Shown piece after piece: positions 19,848 to 28,096 of a stretch of 64,000 bases of DNA; the stretch's first letter is position 1; each line of letters opens with the position of its first letter. Below the pieces are notes generated by a model, which worked only from the letters and a program-made list of their open reading frames with translations, did no database searches and had not been told where the DNA came from. A program made the translations under genes and the position numbers. The stretch spans positions 1-64,000 of the forward strand of contig JBEKCB010000008.1 of the NCBI GenBank assembly GCA_050015075.1, written 5' to 3'. The stretch comes from Candidatus Brocadiia bacterium (lineage in GTDB: Bacteria > Planctomycetota > Brocadiia > CAIUPP01).

Positions 19848-19870
19848 TGAATTCTTCAGTGGCGAACTGC

Positions 19871-19899
19871 TTGACGCGGGTGACTTGCGCCGTCACAAT
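19871..19899 (+). promoter_or_regulatory. Sigma70-type promoter for the GH4 operon
   Basis: TTGACG-N17-CACAAT. Confidence 0.55.
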
Positions 19900-19961
19900 A
19901 TGACATCGGACGCCTGATCGTCAGAGGCCCGCATTTTGACTCTCTAGGAGAGGACAATTCC

Positions 19962-21299
19962 ATGGCACGGAAACCGTTGACATTAACAGTGCTGGGCGGC
20001 GGCAGCTACTTCACGCCGAGCTTCGTCGGTACCATGTGCAAGAAAGGCAAGGTCTTCGCGGGCGCGGAGGTCCGCCTGCACGACCTCGACGCCGATCGCG
20101 TGGCGACGGTGAAGGCGTTCTGCGAGCGGTTCGTCCGCTCGCGCGACGCAGCCATGACCTTCATCGCCGCGCCGGATCTCGAACGCGCGCTCAAGGGCGC
20201 CGATTTCGTGATCGCCACTTTCCGCATCGGCGGCATGAAGAGCCTGACGCTCGACGAGATCATCCCGCCGCGCTTCGGATACTTCGGCAACGAGACCGTC
20301 GGTCCCGGCGGAATGTTCATGGCCATGCGAACCATACCGGTGGTGCTCGACGTGGCCCGGCGAATGAAGCGCCTCTGCCCGAAGGCCTGGCTGCTCAACT
20401 ATGCCAACCCCACCAACTTCATCGGCGACGCCCTTCAACGCGACGGCCACAGGCGATGGGTCGCCCTGTGCGACGGCTACATCTGCCCGCCGCGCGACAT
20501 CGGCGTCACGGTCGGCGTGGACTTCGAGCGGATCGCCACGCGGCACGCCGGCATCAACCACTGCTCGTGGGTTTACGAGGCGAAATCCGACGGGCGCGAC
20601 CTGCTGGAGGAACTGCGCCGGCTGGACTCCAAGGCCGTCGAGGCCAACCTCGCCTCGCTCAAGCCCGAGGGCCAGGCGCGCGTCAAGCGGTGGTTGCAGA
20701 TCTTCCGGACGATGGGGCAATATCCCGCGCCGGCCGGCCACACCGAGCCGTACTTCTATTACGACGAGGCGGTCGAGGAGCAGCGGCAGCACCCCGAAGA
20801 AGGCCCTGCCCGGCGAAAGGAAGGCGACGTCAAGAAGTGGGCCCAGTTGAAGGCCATCCTGATCAACTGGAACGAGCAGGAGGCCGCCCAGATCGCCCGG
20901 ACGCACTTCGGCGGACATGCCGACCTGGCCATCGGCGTCGCGGAAGCGCTGGCCACCGGCAGCGGCGAGCTGTTCCCCGTGAACGTCCCGCATGGCGGCG
21001 CGGTGCCGGGCTTCAGTCCGGATACGGTCCTGGAGGTCTACTGCAAGGTCACGAAGAACGGTTTCGAGCCGCAGCCGGTTCCGGCGTTCACGCCGCCGGT
21101 CTTCGTCCAGCAGAGCCACCTGGCCGAGGTGCAGAAGATGGTCGTGGCGGGCGTCCTTCAGAAGGACCGCCGGATGCTCTTCGAGGCGTTGTGCGTCCAC
21201 CCGTTCACGCGCTCGCTCGCGACCGCCGGCGCGCTCTTCGATGCCATGTGGAAGGAAGAAGAGAAGCAGGGAGTTCTGGGGCCGTATTGGGCGAGCTGA
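19962..21299 (+). CDS. Family 4 glycoside hydrolase (NAD-dependent; 6-phospho-beta-glucosidase / alpha-galactosidase-like)
   Basis: LGGGSYFTP, ALKGADFVI.TFRIGG, DE.IP..G..GNETVGPGG, WLLNYANP, LCD, GINH. Confidence 0.93.
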   Translation: MARKPLTLTVLGGGSYFTPSFVGTMCKKGKVFAGAEVRLHDLDADRVATVKAFCERFVRSRDAAMTFIAAPDLERALKGADFVIATFRIGGMKSLTLDEIIPPRFGYFGNETVGPGGMFMAMRTIPVVLDVARRMKRLCPKAWLLNYANPTNFIGDALQRDGHRRWVALCDGYICPPRDIGVTVGVDFERIATRHAGINHCSWVYEAKSDGRDLLEELRRLDSKAVEANLASLKPEGQARVKRWLQIFRTMGQYPAPAGHTEPYFYYDEAVEEQRQHPEEGPARRKEGDVKKWAQLKAILINWNEQEAAQIARTHFGGHADLAIGVAEALATGSGELFPVNVPHGGAVPGFSPDTVLEVYCKVTKNGFEPQPVPAFTPPVFVQQSHLAEVQKMVVAGVLQKDRRMLFEALCVHPFTRSLATAGALFDAMWKEEEKQGVLGPYWAS

Positions 21300-21343
21300 T
21301 GGAAGGCGGAATCGCCTCGACCTATATAAAAGGAGAAAGATCC

Positions 21344-22975
21344 ATGCGCCTGGTCACTCTATCGCTGGCGGCGGCACTCGTCCTGGGATCCTGCGCGGCC
21401 GCTTCGGCGCAGGAGGCGATCGCGCCCATCCGCAAAGTTGAAATCGGCAGGAACCGCGAGTTCGTCGTGAACGGCAAGCCCTTCTTTCCGATCATGGGCT
21501 GGCTCCAGGATGCCGGGAACCTGCCCAAGCTGAAGGCCGTCGGGATCAACTGCATCGCCGGTTACTGGCGGCCGGCGGACCCCGCCGAGGCCAAAGGCAA
21601 GACCGCCGACCAGTACGCCGGGCAGGCGTTCGAGGCGGGCCTCTACTTCCTTCCTCCGTTCGAGCCCGCGTACGCCGACGAGATGAAGAAGCTCAAATCG
21701 TCCACCGCCCTCCTCGCGTGGATGCAGAACGACGAGCCGGACAACCCGGTCACCCGCAGCAATGCCCAAGTCGTTCCCGGCAAGGGCGTCATCGTGAACA
21801 GCTCGCGGCCTCTTTACATGATGGTAGATGGCAAGCCCGATACCTCCGCCGTCCTCGACCCGATGGCCGGCGCCAGCTTCACCATCAAACTCAAGGCGCC
21901 GGTGACCGCGGTGGCCGTCGCCGTGCAAAGCACCACGAACCCCAAGGAGGCCGTCGCTAAAGAGGTCGCCTTCGAGGTCGGCGGCAAGGAAATCCTCAAG
22001 GTCACGCTCGAGAAGAATCCGCAGCTCCAGAAGTTCGACCTGACGGAGCCCGCCACCTTCCAGGAGATCACCGTCAAGGTCCTCTCGGCCTATCCGGAAG
22101 ACAACGTGTGGGGCGCCATCGCCGAGGTCCAGGCTTTCGACAAGGAAGGCCGCAACCTCCTTCTCTCCGAGCCGCGCAAAGAGCCGCGCGAGAGCACCGA
22201 GGCCGTGATGGCGAAGTACAAGGCCCTGAAGGCCTTCGACTCGTCGCGGCCGATGGTCATGACCGTCACCGACTTCTTCATCCACGACACGTCCCTCGAC
22301 CACTGGTGGAACCGCGCGCAGCAGGACAAGCTTTATCCGCAGATGCTCAAGGCGGCGGACGTGGTCGGCTTCGACGATTACCCCATCTACGGCTGGAACC
22401 TGCCGGCGAAGATCGGACGCGTCTCGCAGGGGATGGACGATCTGCGTGAGTACGCCGGCAAGGACAAGCCGGTCTATCAGTGGATTGAATGCTTGCCCGG
22501 CAGTTTTGAAAACGCCGCCCCCGTCACCGGCGTGGAGATTCGCAACGAGGTCTGGCAGGCGATCATCAAGGGCGCGACGGCCATCGGCTACTTCACGCAC
22601 CGGTTCAAGCCGACCTTCTCCGAGTTCGGCCCGTCCGAGGAGAACCAGAAGGCGATGAAGGAGATCAATGAGCAGATCACCCGCCTGACGCCCGTCCTCT
22701 GCGCGCCCGACGCGAAGCTCCAGCCGAAGATCGAAATCGAAGGCGCCCTGCCCGCCGAATGCCTCGCGAAGGCGGCCAAGGGCGGACTGGTGATCTTCGC
22801 GAAGAACATAGACGCCGCCGGCAAGTCAGGCAAGGGAACGATTTCGCTGGACAGCTTGAAGCCCGGCACAAAGATCGAGGTCGTGGACGAGGATCGAACC
22901 CTGACCGCCGAGCAAGGCAAGTTCACCGACGACTTCAGCAGACTGGCGGTGCACATCTACCGCGTGGAGAAGTAG
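21344..22975 (+). CDS. Secreted GH-like TIM-barrel protein with an inserted F5/8-type-C-like module
   Basis: Signal peptide; VNGKPFFP, AWMQNDEPDN, DVVGFDDYP, KPVYQWIE, AII.GA..IGYF; the insert ends in IAEVQAF. Confidence 0.6.
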   Translation: MRLVTLSLAAALVLGSCAAASAQEAIAPIRKVEIGRNREFVVNGKPFFPIMGWLQDAGNLPKLKAVGINCIAGYWRPADPAEAKGKTADQYAGQAFEAGLYFLPPFEPAYADEMKKLKSSTALLAWMQNDEPDNPVTRSNAQVVPGKGVIVNSSRPLYMMVDGKPDTSAVLDPMAGASFTIKLKAPVTAVAVAVQSTTNPKEAVAKEVAFEVGGKEILKVTLEKNPQLQKFDLTEPATFQEITVKVLSAYPEDNVWGAIAEVQAFDKEGRNLLLSEPRKEPRESTEAVMAKYKALKAFDSSRPMVMTVTDFFIHDTSLDHWWNRAQQDKLYPQMLKAADVVGFDDYPIYGWNLPAKIGRVSQGMDDLREYAGKDKPVYQWIECLPGSFENAAPVTGVEIRNEVWQAIIKGATAIGYFTHRFKPTFSEFGPSEENQKAMKEINEQITRLTPVLCAPDAKLQPKIEIEGALPAECLAKAAKGGLVIFAKNIDAAGKSGKGTISLDSLKPGTKIEVVDEDRTLTAEQGKFTDDFSRLAVHIYRVEK

Positions 22976-23063
22976 CTCGCGCCGTCTGGAGTCGCTTGGC
23001 GGATATTTGTAATGACGACTGCACACATATAAGCCCGGATTTGCCAGATACAAGCGGCATTCT

Positions 23064-23080
23064 TTGGCACGCTGATTGCT
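23064..23080 (+). promoter_or_regulatory. Sigma54 (-24/-12) promoter motif
   Basis: TTGGCACGCTGATTGCT closely matches YTGGCACG-N4-TTGCW with correct GG/GC spacing. Confidence 0.6.
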
Positions 23081-23263
23081 TAACCTCGCGCATAGGAACC
23101 AGTTAGCGGTGTTTGCCTTACCCACAGGTCGTTCCTGCCAAAGTGACGGGAAGGTGTGCGCTCGGGTCGCCAAAAACGAGTGGACAATGGCCTTTGGCCC
23201 GGATTCTCGCCTGTTCAGGGGCGTCGAGAGGTCTCCAAGGCTGGAAAGCCTCCTGGAATGACC

Positions 23264-23291
23264 TTGACACAGGCTGCTTCGAGGCTACAAT
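23264..23291 (+). promoter_or_regulatory. Sigma70-type promoter
   Basis: TTGACA-N16-TACAAT upstream of the SGNH gene. Confidence 0.55.
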
Positions 23292-23381
23292 ACGTCGTTT
23301 CGGAGCTGGCCATCTTCGGAGGGACGGTCAAATGGCAAATCTCGGATTGTCCCCAGCGATCCTGTTATAAGGGAATCCAAC

Positions 23382-24707
23382 GTGATGAAAGACAAAACGA
23401 TGGCGATGATGACCGTGGCGTGGCTGGCGGCTGCAGCTTGGGGCGCGGGGCTTAGACCGGAAGATGTGAAGCTGGAGGATATGAAGCTGACGATCATGCC
23501 GCTGCAAGAATCGGTGACGATCGAGTCCCTCCCCGTAATTCACGGCCGCTGGGATGGCGAGCTGAAGGCCGGGCCGCTCTCGTACAGCGGCCCGGTGATG
23601 CTGCCGGGCGTGGCGTGGGTATCGGGCGCCTTGCGGCCGAAGTCGCTTGTCGTGACGCCGGCAGGCCATCCGCAGGTCAAGCTGGTCGAGGGCACGGATT
23701 ATGCGGTTGACTGGGATTTGTGGAGCGTAGCGGGGCTGCCCGGCAGTCAGTACGCGGGACAAAAATGTCACTTCGAATATGATTATACGAAGACACGGCT
23801 GGACCTCGTGGAGCAAACGGCCGCTGGAAAAGTGGTCCTCAAGAAGGGCGTCGAGGATAAGTCCGAGCCGCAGTTGCCGGAGGCCGATGCCGGGGCGACA
23901 CCGCTGCTCAGCGTCTATCTGCCGCCCAATACGGTGAAGTTGACGATGGAGAACATCAATCTGATTGATCCGGCCTATAAAGGCGTGCCGCCGGTCGCGA
24001 ACACGGCGGTGCTGCGGACGGCGCGGGACAGGATGGCCGCAGGCAAGCCGGTGACGATCGTGTTTCTCGGCGACAGCATCACGGCTCAGCCGGCGACGGA
24101 TTTCCGGGACGGCAAGGGATCGTATGTGGACCGGTTTGTAAAATGGCTGGAGACGGCGTATCCACAAAGCAAGGTTGTGGTGACGCCGAAAAATAAGGTC
24201 GTGCCGGCGGCGGACAGGCAGATCGTTGTGGTCAAGGCCGGCGTGGGCGGCGACGACACGCCGCGCGCCCTCGAGCGGTTCGCCACGGACGTGACGGCGC
24301 ACCATCCGGACGTGGTATCCATCATGCTCGGGGCGAACGACAATAACCGCGGGAACAGCGGCAACAGCGTGCCGCCGGCGGAGTACAGGAAGAACCTGGA
24401 GACGATGGTTGACAAGGCTCAGGCGGGCGGCGCGGCGGTGATCCTGATGACGCCGAGCATGAAGAACCTGAAATGGATCGCGACGGTGCCGAACATGGGC
24501 GATTACGCGGCGGCCGTGCGCGAGGTGGCCCAAGCCAAGCACTGCTGCCTGGTGGACAATTACCGTGGGTGGCAGGATGCAGGCCGGCAAGGGTTGAATT
24601 ATATGGTTCTGCTGGGGACGTGTCTGAATCATCCAGTTGACCGGGGGCATCAGATTTTCTTCAAGGGACTGGTCGCGGCATTTGAGAAAGACGCGGCGAA
24701 TAACTGA
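23382..24707 (+). CDS. Secreted SGNH/GDSL hydrolase (carbohydrate esterase-like)
   Basis: IVFLGDSIT, AGVGG, MLGAND, NHP; signal peptide. Confidence 0.85.
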   Translation: MMKDKTMAMMTVAWLAAAAWGAGLRPEDVKLEDMKLTIMPLQESVTIESLPVIHGRWDGELKAGPLSYSGPVMLPGVAWVSGALRPKSLVVTPAGHPQVKLVEGTDYAVDWDLWSVAGLPGSQYAGQKCHFEYDYTKTRLDLVEQTAAGKVVLKKGVEDKSEPQLPEADAGATPLLSVYLPPNTVKLTMENINLIDPAYKGVPPVANTAVLRTARDRMAAGKPVTIVFLGDSITAQPATDFRDGKGSYVDRFVKWLETAYPQSKVVVTPKNKVVPAADRQIVVVKAGVGGDDTPRALERFATDVTAHHPDVVSIMLGANDNNRGNSGNSVPPAEYRKNLETMVDKAQAGGAAVILMTPSMKNLKWIATVPNMGDYAAAVREVAQAKHCCLVDNYRGWQDAGRQGLNYMVLLGTCLNHPVDRGHQIFFKGLVAAFEKDAANN

Positions 24708-24995
24708 TTATGACAAACCCCATTGATATTCCCGGGACACCGATAACCGTCTCCATGTCAAGCGCGGTCGGTTGCCGCAGGCGTTTTCCTGGAAGCCGCC
24801 GTTCGTGTGCCGTTCAGACACCCATCTGCCTTCGCTGAAGCTACGAGAGACAGGTTCGCACCGTGTCCGATTTACGCCCTCGGACCGTGCATGATTCTCG
24901 TCGCGCGGCGTCAGCCCAATCACAAACACGGCGCATCTTGGTTATGATAAAGGCGGCATGAAGCTGGGAGCTGAGTCACGCACCGCTCAGCTTTC

Positions 24996-25565
24996 TTACT
25001 TCGCTCCTTGTGGCGCCTGCCTCTGATGTGAATCATTCCACTGCTCCCATGAATTGGGATACCCCGCTTCCCTCCATGACAGCAGAGAATCAACTGTCCT
25101 TTCCGCCTCGGTGAAAGGCTCTTTTTGCTGTTCGCCGATATGAGAAAAGAGTTTGCGCGCAACTTGAAGGTCTTTGAAGTGGCCGTAAATTTCCATCTGC
25201 TCCTCGGGGCTTATCCTCCAAATGGGGTTTCGCGTGGTTTGGTCACCTACAGATATCGCTTGCCCGAAAATGTTGAGTCTGACGGTAGAACCCGAGTAGA
25301 CCCAAAGATGCTCGTGGTGCTCTTCGACATGCGCAGCGTACCAGTTGCTGCAGGAGGTCTCTTGAATTTGCTCAGAAACATGCCCGAAGGTAATCCGGCA
25401 CGTTCGTCTGGCGCGGCATAGCGCACAGGTGTAATGTGACGAACTTCCGACTTCAGCACTCGGCACGGTCATGGATGCGAGAATCAAGAGAGTGACTGCT
25501 ATGATCAGCCAGTCAAACCGCTTCGGCCTCAGCGCTTGAACCCATGCCCAGCCTCGCTTGCTCAC
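24996..25565 (-). CDS. Hypothetical membrane-anchored protein with Cys/His motifs
   Basis: GTG start, N-terminal TM segment, CALC and HHEHLW; region is visibly more AT-rich. Confidence 0.55.
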   Translation of the reverse strand: MSKRGWAWVQALRPKRFDWLIIAVTLLILASMTVPSAEVGSSSHYTCALCRARRTCRITFGHVSEQIQETSCSNWYAAHVEEHHEHLWVYSGSTVRLNIFGQAISVGDQTTRNPIWRISPEEQMEIYGHFKDLQVARKLFSHIGEQQKEPFTEAERTVDSLLSWREAGYPNSWEQWNDSHQRQAPQGAK

Positions 25566-25692
25566 CCTGCTTCCTTCTTGTCACGAAGAAGCCGATGGCC
25601 GGGGCTGCCACCGCCCCATCATAGCCTGCCGTAGCCCACTGTCGAGTCGCTTCCCGTGCCACCCTTGCCGTTGCGGGTGGCTGGTCCATATC

Positions 25693-26139
25693 TCAAGGCT
25701 TCAGGAGTTCAGGTGCATGTTCCCGCAGCCAGTCCAGAACTTCCTTCTGCAGGCCTCTTGCGAACGCGCTGAGCTCTGCCGCATCGGCATCGGTGGCTGC
25801 TCCCGCATAGTCATACTCGGCTGTGTTTCGTTTCCGCCTGCACGTTTCCAGATACTCGGCGTCGCTTCGATGGTTGGCGCCCAATATCAGCGGAAGCGAT
25901 TGCACGGTTCGATAATGTGCAAGCAATTTTTCCGGCTTGTAGCCTGAAGCGTACAACAGCACGGTACAAAGTTTGAGCGCGGCGTTGTAGGCGATTCCGA
26001 AACGCCAATCCGCAGAGACTGCAACGCTTCCCGCATCGGCCAAGTCCCGCTCTACGATCCCGAGGAGGTTCTTGACCTCTTGCCGGCTGGTCGTGTGGCG
26101 TTTGAGCCAGCCCTTTTCAGCCCAGTCTTGTAAGGTCAT
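25693..26139 (-). CDS. HEPN-like toxin (MNT-HEPN pair)
   Basis: RDLADA, WRF.IAYNAAL, GY....H, RRKRNTAEYD; overlaps the 3' end of the MNT gene. Confidence 0.75.
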   Translation of the reverse strand: MTLQDWAEKGWLKRHTTSRQEVKNLLGIVERDLADAGSVAVSADWRFGIAYNAALKLCTVLLYASGYKPEKLLAHYRTVQSLPLILGANHRSDAEYLETCRRKRNTAEYDYAGAATDADAAELSAFARGLQKEVLDWLREHAPELLKP

Positions 26140-26704
26140 TTTCGCCGCCCACCACAAAAATCTTCGGCGATGCCGTGACGCTTGTGATGAAATGGTCGCC
26201 CGAGTCAAGGCGTTTGCGGAATTCGGTCACGTGCAACGCATGAGGGTTCACCTCACGACCGAGCGTCTCCGACACACCTGCCAATCGGCGCGAAAGCTCA
26301 CGAAGCCCCACGTTGCCGATGACCATCAGGTCGACGTCGCTATGCGCCTCCTCCTCGCCGCTCGCCATAGAACCGAAGACGAAGGCGGCGCGGATGCCCT
26401 TCTTACCGAGGGCTTTCTCTAAAACCGTCGTCAATCCGGTCGTTTTCAACACGAGTCGCCGAATGTCCTCATACAGAGGGTGTTCCCTGTTGGCGCGGTA
26501 GAGGAGCCGGTTTCCGTCCCGCCGGGACTGGACCAGCCCGAGCCGGGCCAACTTGGTCAAGTCCTGCCTGACCGTGCCCAGCGCAAGACCTGACTGCCTC
26601 TCGATCTCGCGGAGATGAAGCTCCTTGTCGGACAGGCCGAACAACAGGCGGAATATTTCCGCCCGGACGCGGGAGGATAAGAGGTCGCTCAGAGCATTTT
26701 TCAT
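26117..26704 (-). CDS. wHTH plus minimal nucleotidyltransferase (MNT) antitoxin
   Basis: N-terminal HLREIER..GL..GTV...L..L winged HTH; FVFGS-x10-DVD motif. Confidence 0.85.
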   Translation of the reverse strand: MKNALSDLLSSRVRAEIFRLLFGLSDKELHLREIERQSGLALGTVRQDLTKLARLGLVQSRRDGNRLLYRANREHPLYEDIRRLVLKTTGLTTVLEKALGKKGIRAAFVFGSMASGEEEAHSDVDLMVIGNVGLRELSRRLAGVSETLGREVNPHALHVTEFRKRLDSGDHFITSVTASPKIFVVGGENDLTRLG

Positions 26705-26780
26705 TGTGCGGTCTTACCATTCAATTGCGCGGTGTCGCCGCGCATTATCCCAGAGATGCGGCTCGTTGTCCAGACTACGC

Positions 26781-27959
26781 TCAGTCCAACAGCGCTTCCG
26801 GCGCGAGTGATACGGCTAACTGGTCGGCTACGGCGAGGCCCTTGAGGGTCGGCGCGACGCGGCTCGCTTTGCAGCGAAGGAGGCCGTCGGATTCAGCGCG
26901 GGCAAGGACCTCTTTCTTTTCGGCGGGCAGGTCTACGCCAGTGGTCTTGCGCAGTTCGTCGAGGGAGAAGCCGTCGCGCGTGCGCAGGCCTAGCAGGATG
27001 ATCTCGGCCGCGCGCTGGGCGTCGGTCAGCCGCTCATTCCCCGCCTCGGGCAGTTCGCCGCGCTCCAGCGATCCGCAATATTCGATCAGCGAGGTCGTGT
27101 TCCAGGAGCGCGCCGGGTTTAGAAAGCTGTGGGCCGACGGGCCGAAGCCGAGATAGTCGCGGTGCGTCCAGTAGGCGCTGTTGTGCCGCGAGCGGAAGGC
27201 TTTCGCCCGCGCGAAGTTGCTGACCTCGTACCCCTCGTAACCGAGCCCTTCGCACGTCTGATGCGTGGCCATGAAGATAGCCGCTTCCGTGTCGGCGTCC
27301 GGCATGCGGACCTCTCCGCGGGTGACGGCGTCGTGCAGCGCCGTGCCCGGCGCGCAGGTCAGTTGGTAGCAGGAAAGATGCTCCGGCGCGAAGGCCGTGA
27401 CCGCCTCGATCAGGATCTCCCGCGTGAGGCCGGCGGTGTGCCCGGGCAGCCCGACGATGAGGTCAATCCCCAGGTTGTCGAACCCGGCGGCTCGCGCGCG
27501 CCGCACCGCCGCGACGGCGTCGGCGACGGAGTGGGCGCGTCCGAGGAACCGCAGGTCCTCGTCGCGCATTCCCTGAACGCCGACGCTGAGGCGATTGACG
27601 CCCGCCGCGCGGCAACCCGCCAGCCAGTCGCCGGTAAGGTCGCAGGGATTGGCCTCCACGGTGATCTCGCAATCGGCTTGAAGGCTAAAAACGCTCCGGA
27701 GGCCGTCCAGGATGGCGCGCAGCCGGCCGATTCCGATAAAGGACGGCGTGCCGCCGCCGACATAGAGCGTCCGCGCGGGCCGGTCGGAGGCGCGCAGCCG
27801 GATTTCAATCTCCAGCGCGCGCGCGAAGCGGTCCATCTCGCCGTCCGCGGGCGGCCGCGAGCAGAAATCGCAGTAGCGGCATTTGCTCCGGCAGAACGGG
27901 ACGTGGACGTAGAGGCCGAGCGCGCGATCGTCAGATGGGATGACTGGATTCTGATTCAT
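26781..27959 (-). CDS. hemW: Radical SAM heme chaperone HemW
   Basis: LYVHVPFCRSKCRYCDF, YVGGGTPS, EANP, NRLS.GVQ, YEVSNFA, HN..YW, GPSAHS. Confidence 0.93.
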   Translation of the reverse strand: MNQNPVIPSDDRALGLYVHVPFCRSKCRYCDFCSRPPADGEMDRFARALEIEIRLRASDRPARTLYVGGGTPSFIGIGRLRAILDGLRSVFSLQADCEITVEANPCDLTGDWLAGCRAAGVNRLSVGVQGMRDEDLRFLGRAHSVADAVAAVRRARAAGFDNLGIDLIVGLPGHTAGLTREILIEAVTAFAPEHLSCYQLTCAPGTALHDAVTRGEVRMPDADTEAAIFMATHQTCEGLGYEGYEVSNFARAKAFRSRHNSAYWTHRDYLGFGPSAHSFLNPARSWNTTSLIEYCGSLERGELPEAGNERLTDAQRAAEIILLGLRTRDGFSLDELRKTTGVDLPAEKKEVLARAESDGLLRCKASRVAPTLKGLAVADQLAVSLAPEALLD

Positions 27960-27991
27960 GACTTTACGATTATGATAACCGCAGCGCGTGA

Positions 27992-28081
27992 ATCGTCCTC
28001 GTCGTCGTCCTCGTCCTCGTCCTCGGACGTACGGAACGGCAGTTCGAGGACAAGGACGAGAACGTCGAGGACGAGGACGAT
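27992..28081. repeat. Intergenic inverted repeat built from 6-nt units, (TCGTCC)n ... (GGACGA)n
   Basis: Left arm 27992-28027, right arm 28043-28081, between lepA and hemW. Confidence 0.85.
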
Positions 28082-28096
28082 CTGTTCCGCCCGCCC

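Noticed and set aside
20036-21343. N-terminal extension of the 979-aa ORF (similarly 41912-42589, 55871-56341, 27960-28235, 31185-31397)
   Set aside because: These are Arg/Pro-rich off-frame read-through over neighbouring genes or intergenic DNA; downstream starts with an RBS, signal peptide or family N-terminus fit better.
24826-24853. Short hairpin CCTTCGCTGAAGCTACG resembling a REP-like repeat
   Set aside because: Single degenerate copy in the window; cannot be supported without a genome-wide search.
24708-26760. Possible integron cassette array or genomic island (AT-richer ORF plus TA module)
   Set aside because: No attC-like sites, integrase, tRNA target or flanking direct repeats were found.
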